From Thermoplasmatota archaeon (GTDB lineage Archaea; Thermoplasmatota; JAKEGO01): 64,000 nucleotides of DNA. A program made the position numbers and the translations under genes. Of the stretch, positions 37,429-45,547 are shown piece after piece. Numbering within the stretch: the stretch's first letter is position 1; each line of letters opens with the position of its first letter. The notes beneath the pieces were generated by a model, which was not told the DNA's origin, ran no database searches, and worked only from the letters and a program-made list of their open reading frames with translations. Location of the stretch: NCBI GenBank assembly GCA_028279595.1, contig JANQNK010000020.1, positions 96,001 to 160,000 of the forward strand. The letters are read 5' to 3'.

Positions 37429-37953
37429 TCAGCCATCTTCCTTCCGGGTCAGGTTGAACCATATGGTCATCGTCAGGATCACGACCACGAAGGTCACCAC
37501 GACGGCCATCGAGGAATCCGGCACCGCTGTGTCGTCCTTGTGCTCCTCGTCATCGCTTTGGATGTCATCACAGTCGCTGCAATGTTCTCCGACTACGATG
37601 TCCATCTTGACCTCGGCCGACCAGGTGTCGTTGTCGTCCATCACCGAGAACCAGATCCTGTGCTCTCCGACTGTCATGTTCGTCCGGTTGAAGGACTGGT
37701 TCCTTGAGAGGACGCCAGTGACGTTGGAACGCCATTTGTATGCCACGACCTCACCGTCGGGATCGTTCCCGTGGCCGCTGAAGTAGACGGTGTCGCCCTT
37801 GCCCTTGGGCGGAACGTAGATGGAATCGATCTCGGCGGTCGGAGGTTCATTGGTGGCGTTCTGCGCTGACGCTGATGGGATGAGAACGAAAAGGATGGCC
37901 AATGAGATGGCGATCACGGAAAGGAGCAGGAGATAGCGTCCACGCATGCGCAT
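37429..37953 (-). CDS. Small secreted PKD-domain protein with C-terminal TM
   Basis: NEPPTA, FSG.G.DPDG..VAYKW, GEHRI.FSV.D. Confidence 0.8.
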   Translation of the reverse strand: MRMRGRYLLLLSVIAISLAILFVLIPSASAQNATNEPPTAEIDSIYVPPKGKGDTVYFSGHGNDPDGEVVAYKWRSNVTGVLSRNQSFNRTNMTVGEHRIWFSVMDDNDTWSAEVKMDIVVGEHCSDCDDIQSDDEEHKDDTAVPDSSMAVVVTFVVVILTMTIWFNLTRKEDG

Positions 37954-37973
37954 GAGATGGAGACCCCCGGTTT

Positions 37974-40900
37974 TTAACGTTGCGCCTCGCTCAGGATGAC
38001 CCCCCATTCGTGGAGGGAATGGTCGCTCCTTTCGATTGGACGGATCTCCGGTTCCGACAGCATGGTATCAGGAGGGACCTCCCTTACAACGAACATCACA
38101 CGCAGGTATTCTTCATAGACCAGTTCGGTCTCCAATTTGAAGATGCGTTCGATGTCAGCCTCCAATGCCGGCTGGACAGCATAGTTGAACTCATCCTTCC
38201 CGAAGGCTATCTTCATGTCCTCCGCGATCCAGTAGTCGATGAAATCGTTCACCTCGTTCTCCAGGAATCCGTACCCATCCATGATGTCCGAGAAGATGGT
38301 CCTTAGGTCCCCGACCGATACCGGGTCACCATTCCATGTGTATCCCACGGTCCCTTTGCCGATGGTCCATCCTCGGTCGCTTACCCTGGGGACGATGGTC
38401 TCAGCTTCGTAGATCAGATAATCATGCATCGCACCATCCGAGTGGATTCTTCCATCCTCCAGTGTGAGGTCCCTCCATTCGGTGATCGAGGAGAGAGGAC
38501 GTTCAGGGATCGTCCTGATGGTCCGTCCCTTGAGGTACAATCGCACGGTCTCCTTATCCACCTTCGGCGTCCGCAGGTAGATCGCAGGCTTGAACGCCAC
38601 CGCTTTCATTTGAGATAGGAGAAGCAGGACCAGGTTCCACAGAAGGGCGTTGTACACCATGGTCGTCGCAGTGTTCCTGAATCTCTTACCCCCCTTTGCG
38701 AGCAGAATCAGTGGCACGATGATCGCTGCCAGGCTTATCGGGAAGCAGATAAAGAACGCGTCAGTGAACCCCTCGGTCCCTACGAAGGCGTTGACCACCC
38801 ACGGGCCGTCCTCCGGATTCCTATGCGCGAGGGAGACCGTGTCAAGGAAGGCTATGATGAACAAGAGGAATGCTACTCCGAGAAGACCGACGGAGAGCCA
38901 CGGGCTTGCCTTGTTCAGATATCTCGACCTCTCGATACGTCTTTTCCGCGCTCTTGCGAGACGTCTGATATCATATCGATTCCTGTGGTATGTCCATACA
39001 GCGAAGGCTATCAATAAAACGCCTATGGCATTCATCGCGAGCACAACGGGGTTTGGACCGAAGATGCTGTACAGGGAAAGGCCGTGGTACAGGATAATCA
39101 ATCCTATGAAAGTTCCCATGCTCACGATATTCATGTTCTTCTGGGTCTTGATCGCCTCCGATCTTCCCATACCCCGAGGTCTGCTGACGATCGTCCTCTT
39201 CTGTTCCTTCTTTTGTAAGTATCCCTGGAGGCTGATCAGGACGCCCATCAACATGAACGTGCTTGATATCAGCACCATCTGGGATATCGGTTCGAGGACC
39301 TTGACATAGAGCGGGATCTCGTGGTCGGGTCCGCTGAACGATTCGACATGGTAGAGGCCGGCCAATCCGAAGATGATCGTACCGGCGAGCATTGCCCCCC
39401 ATTTCTTCAATGGAGAACCGAAGAGCACCCTTGGTCGCTTGAGATCGCACCAAGGGATGAAGATCATGTATATGATCCCCATGAACGCCAGCGCTGCGAA
39501 TACCACGAAAGCCTCCCATTCCATTCCGATCAGGAAGAGGAATCCGGAGGTCCCGAGGGTGACCGCGAAGATGGTCACCAGGATATCGAGTACCCATCTT
39601 ACGATCTTTGGCTCCCCCGTTCGATCCCGAACGGCCACCCAGGCGAGCAACAGGACCGATGTGATCAACATCATCAGGACCCTGGTGACCAACAATAAGC
39701 CCTCTTCGATGCGATCGTCGTACTTCGACCCGCTGTTGCCGTAGATATGGTTCCCATCGGACGATACGAGGTGGATCCCCCATGATCCCGTGTCGCTGCA
39801 GTCGTTATTCCTTATAACGTTTCTGTCCGCCCGCAAGAGGTAGATCCCGTTGTCACCGTTCCCTGAACAATCGTTCCTAGCGATCCTGTTCGTATAACTG
39901 CGCTCCATCTCGATGCCACGTTTCGAATTGTTTGAGAAATCGTTATCCTGAACAACGCAGTTGTCCGCATACCCGATCGTCGATCCGACCCGATTGTCAG
40001 TGCAGACATTGTCCTCCGAGGTCATATCGTCGACATATTCCAGCTTGATCCCAATGTCGTTGTAGAGACAAGTATTGTCAATCACATCGTTCTCTTGACT
40101 GTTGTAGACCTCGATACCCCAGAGACGATTCCAGTAACAATTGTTGCCCAAGACATCATTTCCTACACTGTCCACCAGTTCGATCCCCTGACCATTCGAT
40201 GAACAGTTGTTGTACGAGATCCGGTTCAGATTCGATCTGTAGATCCGGATCCCCCAGTCGTTCTCAATGCAATCGTTCGCTAGGATCACGTTCTCCCTGC
40301 ATTCGCCATAGTAATTGCGATGATGGGCTCCAATAGCGATCCCTTGATAATTGGAATCAATTCTATTTGTCGCAATATAATTCCGATGGCTGGCGAGAAG
40401 GGTGATCCCGTAGGTGCAGCTTGATATCTGATTGTTAACTATGCGATTATCATTGGACAAGGCGACCATGATGCCGTCCGGAACGTTCGAGATGTTCAAG
40501 CCGCTCAACTCGATCCGTTCACACTGGACCGTGATGACCTGACCCGTATCATCTGGAACCGTATGATCGGACACATTGACGAGATATCTTATCGGCCTGC
40601 CATTTACCGTGTTCGACACGTCGATATCGTGAGTGTTCCAGCATTCTGTATCAACACCGTCGATCCTCAGGCCGCAATCGATCATCGATATGTCCTTCAA
40701 TGTGTTGTTCTCCGAATAATAGAGGCTGATCCCCACCGGAGAGCAGCGGACGGTCATGTTCGAGATCGAGCAGTTCGATCCCCTGACTAGGATGCCGTTA
40801 TCCTCCGTCCTGACATCGAACCCACTGACGTTCACCCGATCCCCCGCGATGGTCAATGCGATCCCTGATTCGATCGTGATGACAGGTCGGTCGGTCCCGT

Positions 40901-41156
40901 TTCCTGTCAATGTCAATCTCTCATCTATAAACAGACTCTCGTTGTAACTGCCGTTGTTGACGATGATCAGATCACCGTCCTCCGCCTCCCCCACGGCTGA
41001 CATTATGGTCGTGTGATCCCCGGGTCCATCGTCGTCCACTATCAGTGTCCTAGCGGTCGATACCTGACCCACGGACAGAATGACCAGGGGGAGGATGAAG
41101 AACGTCATTATTGACATCGATCTAATGAGCCTGGTTCGTTTCCCACAGACCATCAC
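37974..41156 (-). CDS. NosD/CASH beta-helix plus multi-TM plus C-terminal 'KPAIYL' domain protein
   Basis: Signal peptide, IVDDDG..TI..AV, GIxL..NxIxxN repeats, about 10 TMs, soluble tail ending HEWG. Confidence 0.8.
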   Translation of the reverse strand: MMVCGKRTRLIRSMSIMTFFILPLVILSVGQVSTARTLIVDDDGPGDHTTIMSAVGEAEDGDLIIVNNGSYNESLFIDERLTLTGNGTDRPVITIESGIALTIAGDRVNVSGFDVRTEDNGILVRGSNCSISNMTVRCSPVGISLYYSENNTLKDISMIDCGLRIDGVDTECWNTHDIDVSNTVNGRPIRYLVNVSDHTVPDDTGQVITVQCERIELSGLNISNVPDGIMVALSNDNRIVNNQISSCTYGITLLASHRNYIATNRIDSNYQGIAIGAHHRNYYGECRENVILANDCIENDWGIRIYRSNLNRISYNNCSSNGQGIELVDSVGNDVLGNNCYWNRLWGIEVYNSQENDVIDNTCLYNDIGIKLEYVDDMTSEDNVCTDNRVGSTIGYADNCVVQDNDFSNNSKRGIEMERSYTNRIARNDCSGNGDNGIYLLRADRNVIRNNDCSDTGSWGIHLVSSDGNHIYGNSGSKYDDRIEEGLLLVTRVLMMLITSVLLLAWVAVRDRTGEPKIVRWVLDILVTIFAVTLGTSGFLFLIGMEWEAFVVFAALAFMGIIYMIFIPWCDLKRPRVLFGSPLKKWGAMLAGTIIFGLAGLYHVESFSGPDHEIPLYVKVLEPISQMVLISSTFMLMGVLISLQGYLQKKEQKRTIVSRPRGMGRSEAIKTQKNMNIVSMGTFIGLIILYHGLSLYSIFGPNPVVLAMNAIGVLLIAFAVWTYHRNRYDIRRLARARKRRIERSRYLNKASPWLSVGLLGVAFLLFIIAFLDTVSLAHRNPEDGPWVVNAFVGTEGFTDAFFICFPISLAAIIVPLILLAKGGKRFRNTATTMVYNALLWNLVLLLLSQMKAVAFKPAIYLRTPKVDKETVRLYLKGRTIRTIPERPLSSITEWRDLTLEDGRIHSDGAMHDYLIYEAETIVPRVSDRGWTIGKGTVGYTWNGDPVSVGDLRTIFSDIMDGYGFLENEVNDFIDYWIAEDMKIAFGKDEFNYAVQPALEADIERIFKLETELVYEEYLRVMFVVREVPPDTMLSEPEIRPIERSDHSLHEWGVILSEAQR

Positions 41157-41219
41157 GTCCCCTCTGGCACCCGGTATGGCATCTTACTAAATAATCTCAT
41201 CGTCCGGTGATCGGCCGGA

Positions 41220-41975
41220 TCAATCGGCGTCCTCGGATCCCTCGATCCATTTCCCCTCGCTGTCGATCTTCCCTTCCTCTTTCAGGGAGGCGATGTGGGC
41301 TCCATAGTCCTCCTCGTTGTCGAAACAGAGCGCCGGTGCTACCAGTCCGCAGTTCCTGCAGACGATCTGCCCGGAGACGTCGAAGACGCCTGGGACACCT
41401 CCCTCTGCAATGCTCGCCATTCCGAGGTCCCTGCTCCCGCATCGGACGCAAGCGTCGATATCGTCATACATCGAGACATCGTCGTCCTCGGTCGCGGAAT
41501 CGATCCTGTCGTAGACGTCATCGTCGGAATCGAGGGCCCTGTCCTCCGCAACGGCCTGCTCCTGACCGTGGGCAGACCTGTATCCGTCGATGGCCTCCCT
41601 CAGGTCCAGGAGCACCTTCTTCCTTCCCGTGATCAGATATGTCCTGTCCTCGGTCTCGATGTCAAGGGCCCATATCAGGACCGTGTGATAGCCGATGATC
41701 AGGCCGAGTCCGAAGATGTTGCTCAAAACGGCCAAGAGGATGTGGACCTGGAACATGACGTTCAGACCGAGAAGTATCCACGGTATCAGGATGAACAGGA
41801 CGCCTATCCGGATCGCGTTCTCGGGAAGCCTGTTGACCCTCGTGTAGAGGACTGACGTGACCTTGTCGAGCCTGACCCTGACGACGTTATCACCCTTCCT
41901 CGCTGTCAGGGTACTGCCCTTCACCCTTGTCCCGTATCCCCTGAGCTCTATCCTTTCCGTCATGGTGTCCAGCAC
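41220..41975 (-). CDS. Hypothetical membrane protein with C-terminal zinc ribbon
   Basis: 2 TMs; CVRC..CRNC. Confidence 0.65.
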   Translation of the reverse strand: MLDTMTERIELRGYGTRVKGSTLTARKGDNVVRVRLDKVTSVLYTRVNRLPENAIRIGVLFILIPWILLGLNVMFQVHILLAVLSNIFGLGLIIGYHTVLIWALDIETEDRTYLITGRKKVLLDLREAIDGYRSAHGQEQAVAEDRALDSDDDVYDRIDSATEDDDVSMYDDIDACVRCGSRDLGMASIAEGGVPGVFDVSGQIVCRNCGLVAPALCFDNEEDYGAHIASLKEEGKIDSEGKWIEGSEDAD

Positions 41976-42011
41976 CTATGTTCGTCTCGGTAAGTGATAA
42001 GGATATCGCCT

Positions 42012-42545
42012 TTAATGGATGTTCCCATCGAGCCAATCCCGATCTGCCCTGTAGATGACGAGTTCGCGGTCATAGTACTCCTCGGTCATTCCCTCGGACC
42101 TCAGCCCGAGCTTCTCCATGACCCTTATCGAAGCGTGATTTCCCGCATTCGCCAGTGCGATCACCGAGGCAAGGCCGAGCTCTTCGAGGCCGAAGACCAG
42201 CCAGGCTCTGGCGGCCTCTGTCGCGTACCCTTGACGCGTGAACTCCTTTGAGATGGTCCATACGACCTCCACCACTTCCTCGTTATCGGGTATCACCGCG
42301 AGGCCGACCGACCCTATGAGCTGGCCGGTCTCCCTGACGATGACCGCTGCGCGTGTGAATCCCCGCTTCTGCCACGACTCGGTCCTCTTCAATATACCCT
42401 CTCGAATGGTCGCCACGTCAGGGACCTCCTCGACGTTGTGCCCTTCCATGATCTCGGGTTGCAGTACGATCTTGAGATACTCCTCCGCGTCGTCATCGGT
42501 GAACAACCGCAGGGTCAGCCGTTCGGTCTCCATGGGCAATGTCAT
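42012..42545 (-). CDS. GNAT N-acetyltransferase (RimJ/RimL type)
   Basis: ETERLTLR, QGYATEAA, NHASIRVMEKLG. Confidence 0.92.
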   Translation of the reverse strand: MTLPMETERLTLRLFTDDDAEEYLKIVLQPEIMEGHNVEEVPDVATIREGILKRTESWQKRGFTRAAVIVRETGQLIGSVGLAVIPDNEEVVEVVWTISKEFTRQGYATEAARAWLVFGLEELGLASVIALANAGNHASIRVMEKLGLRSEGMTEEYYDRELVIYRADRDWLDGNIH

Positions 42546-42621
42546 ACAAGGTCCTCAGGCGACCCATGTCATCTGCCGATATCATCGTTTCGTATTCCCT
42601 GGCAGTCGTTTGGCTACGGCC

Positions 42622-42694
42622 GAAAGTTATATATATGTTATAATTATATAACCAAAAGTTACAAAGATAAAACAAAAGGTTAGAAATAACTAAC
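42622..42694 (+). promoter_or_regulatory. BRE/TATA followed by three GTTA-N8-(T/A)AAC operators
   Basis: GAAAGTTATATATA, then sites at 42637, 42658 and 42679 (21-bp period). Confidence 0.7.
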
Positions 42695-42728
42695 CTATGG
42701 ATGGGGGACACTCGATATCGGTGGTGTC

Positions 42729-42929
42729 TTGAAGAACCGAATGAAGGAGCTGAGGGCGAGGTACGATATGACACAGGCAGAGCTGGCTGGGATCGTTGGC
42801 GTACGCCGCGAGACCATCGTTCACATGGAGAAGGGAACATACAACCCCTCGCTGAGGCTCGCGCATGCAGTGTCCAAAGCGTTGCACACCTCTGTCGACG
42901 GACTTTTCACGTTCGAGGAGGATATCTAG
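42729..42929 (+). CDS. XRE-family HTH transcriptional regulator
   Basis: [35 protein letters not shown]. Confidence 0.93.
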   Translation: MKNRMKELRARYDMTQAELAGIVGVRRETIVHMEKGTYNPSLRLAHAVSKALHTSVDGLFTFEEDI

Positions 42930-43033
42930 TTTTGAGTGGACTTGAGGGATTTAGGGGAAGGGATGTTTGAAGAAATTTCTTTCAAGCCCCCGATCCCTTC
43001 CCCGCACATCCCTGCGACACGAGGATGAGGACT

Positions 43034-43070
43034 CGCTCGAGCCCGGGCCACGGCGGGCTCAACGCGTCTC
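43034..43070. repeat. 37-bp hairpin element, copy 3
   Basis: cgctc-GAGCCC-N10-GGGCTC-aacgcgtctc. Confidence 0.8.
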
Positions 43071-43114
43071 TCCAATACCGGTACACTTTTCTGTTGGATA
43101 CCCGTTATCCGACC

Positions 43115-43678
43115 ATGGCCAAGGTCAAGATCAGCACACAGGTCAACCCGTTCCCGATGCCCGTCACCCTCGTGGGATCCCTCGTGGACGGTAAACCGAA
43201 CTTCTTCACGGCTGCCTGGATAAATCGGGGCGATTACACCCCACCCTGCGTTATGGTCGCTATGAACCCGAAGCACCACACGACTCGGGGGGTCAAGGAC
43301 AACGGAACGTTCTCGGTGAACGTCCCGGGCAAGAAACACGTGATCAAGACCGATTACTGCGGCATCAATTCGGGGAAGGACGTTGACAAATCGAAACTCT
43401 TCAACGTCTTCTACGGAAAGACCGAGACCGCGCCCATGATAGAGGGATTCCCCTTGAACCTCGAATGCAAGCTGATGAAGGAGATCGAGATGGGATTCGA
43501 CCACATCTTCATCGGCGAGATCGTCGACGCCTATGCGGAGGAGAGCTTCATCAAGGACGGCAAGATCGACCTCGTATCGATGGAGCCATTCGTCCTCATG
43601 ATGGCGAACGGCAAGTACCATCTCGTCGGGAGGGAGCTCGACGACGCATGGGGTGCCGGCAAGAAGTACAAGGCCTGA
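43115..43678 (+). CDS. Flavin reductase family (flavoredoxin-like) protein
   Basis: FPMPVTLVG, FSVNVP, DYCGINSG, APMIE..LNLEC, HIFIGEIV. Confidence 0.92.
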   Translation: MAKVKISTQVNPFPMPVTLVGSLVDGKPNFFTAAWINRGDYTPPCVMVAMNPKHHTTRGVKDNGTFSVNVPGKKHVIKTDYCGINSGKDVDKSKLFNVFYGKTETAPMIEGFPLNLECKLMKEIEMGFDHIFIGEIVDAYAEESFIKDGKIDLVSMEPFVLMMANGKYHLVGRELDDAWGAGKKYKA

Positions 43679-44093
43679 CGGAACCGGTCCTCATGGTGCG
43701 ATCCCTGGACCTCCCGAAAACCTCGTTATAGCAGGAATTTCCCTGTTGCAGCCTGCATGCAACACCAGGGGATATAAGGCTCGAACACGAAGGAAAGTAC
43801 AACCTGCTGAGATGATAATATGTCGAAATCCGTGGACCAAGGATCGAATCGGGGCCGTCGTGTAAGCTATCTCGTCGTATCGGCGAGCATCTTCCCGAGC
43901 TACTTCAGGGCCGAGCGCGTCGGCCCGAATGGCGTTGAGGACCTCTACCTCGACATCACCCGGACCCGTCGTATGAAGACCGATTCGCTAATAGTCTACC
44001 GCGAGAAGCGGTCCTGATCACGTTCGATCGAACAACGGGGAGGAGGCTGGTACTTGACCTGGTCCCCCGGCCGTACTCCCCGACCCTTTTTCC

Positions 44094-44744
44094 TCAATAA
44101 CCAGCCAGTATCTCGTCCATCAGTCTGATCTCGGCCTTTCTGAGGTGTTCCACCGCGGTCGCCTTGCTGATACCCAGGCCGTCGGCCAGGTCCTCGGCCT
44201 TGACCCTCCTCGGATATTGATAGTACCCACGCTTCTTGGCGGCGATCATGACCTCCCTCTGCTTCTCCGTGAGGATCGCGAGGTGGTTCCTCCCCTCGAA
44301 GGCGGCCCTGTGGTACGACACAATGATGACCTCGCCTATGAGCTTCAATGCCTCCATCAATTTCCGGATGTCCTCCTCGGTACCTATCGCCGAATAGACG
44401 ATCGACTCGGCCGTTGCCATCATGGGTGTGTCCCAGATGACATCTATCCGGAACTCCTCCATTAGCGGCCTCATGGAATCCTGGACGAATCCGCGGACGA
44501 TGCATGTGTATTCGTTCCCTCGCTGCTCGATGATGCCGATGATCTCGCTGTGTCCGGGTACCTCGATCTCCTCGATCCCGAAGCCCTCCCTCATAGTGAA
44601 CTTGGCGACCGCCACCTTCATGCCGCTCTCGAAGTCGAGCTTCAGGAGTTCCAGACCTTCCATCCTCTCGATCTTCTCGAAGAACGGGTCCATATGCTCC
44701 CTTACCATCTCGTTCGGTCTGAACTCGATCGTGACCTTCCTCAT
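44094..44744 (-). CDS. HTH_10 (bacterio-opsin activator-like) regulator
   Basis: LTEKQREV..A...GYYQYPRRV...LA..LGISKAT..EHLRKAE. Confidence 0.9.
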   Translation of the reverse strand: MRKVTIEFRPNEMVREHMDPFFEKIERMEGLELLKLDFESGMKVAVAKFTMREGFGIEEIEVPGHSEIIGIIEQRGNEYTCIVRGFVQDSMRPLMEEFRIDVIWDTPMMATAESIVYSAIGTEEDIRKLMEALKLIGEVIIVSYHRAAFEGRNHLAILTEKQREVMIAAKKRGYYQYPRRVKAEDLADGLGISKATAVEHLRKAEIRLMDEILAGY

Positions 44745-44848
44745 GGTGATGCATGACAAACATCGTTATTATAAATACTGCCGTTCATGAACGGGACAAT
44801 TACCTTCAACTGCGGAGGACTAGTACCCAACGACGAAGGGGTGTCGAA

Positions 44849-45547
44849 ATGAGCAAGGTCGTATCCATCAAGGGTCTGCACAAGAGCTTCGAGACCGGGG
44901 GAGAGGTCACCAGGGTACTGACCGGCCTCGACCTCGTTGCCGGGAAGGGCGAGATGATCATGATAATGGGCCCCTCCGGGAGCGGGAAGACCACCCTGCT
45001 GAACATGCTCGGCGGGATCGACAGGCCGGAGAAGGGTCGGATCAGGGTCGGCGGCGTCGATATCCTCAAGCTCGACAAGGCCAGCCTGAACGCCTACCGC
45101 CGCGACTCCGTCGGTTTCATCTTCCAGTTCTACAACCTCCTGCCGACGCTGAGCGCCCGGGAGAACGTCGAGCTCGGCATCGAGATGCTCGTCCCTGACA
45201 GGGCCGAACTGACCGAGAGGACCGAGCGCTACCTCGGGCTCGTCGACCTCGCAGACAAGATGGAGAACTTCCCGCAGGAGCTCTCTGCCGGACAGCAGCA
45301 GAGGGTCGCCATCGCAAGGGCTCTCGCCAAGGAGCCCATGATAGTCCTCGCCGACGAGCCGACCGGCAACCTCGACGAGGAGAGGGAGCAGGCGATCATG
45401 GAGCTGATGAAGTCCCTCCAGGACGAGCTTGGCACCACGTTCTTCATAGTATCCCACAACCAGCGTCTGAAGAAGTTCATGGATAGGACCCTTGAACTGC
45501 GGGGTGGAACCCTGGTCGACATGCCCAACGGCGGAGGCGGCCGATGA
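44849..45547 (+). CDS. ABC transporter ATP-binding protein (LolD/MacB type)
   Basis: GPSGSGKT, GFIFQFYNL, LSAGQQQRVAIARAL, LADEPTGNLD. Confidence 0.95.
   Translation: MSKVVSIKGLHKSFETGGEVTRVLTGLDLVAGKGEMIMIMGPSGSGKTTLLNMLGGIDRPEKGRIRVGGVDILKLDKASLNAYRRDSVGFIFQFYNLLPTLSARENVELGIEMLVPDRAELTERTERYLGLVDLADKMENFPQELSAGQQQRVAIARALAKEPMIVLADEPTGNLDEEREQAIMELMKSLQDELGTTFFIVSHNQRLKKFMDRTLELRGGTLVDMPNGGGGR

Noticed and set aside
43820-44017. 65-aa ORF as a confident gene
   Set aside because: No recognisable motif or RBS; mentioned only as a possible transcript
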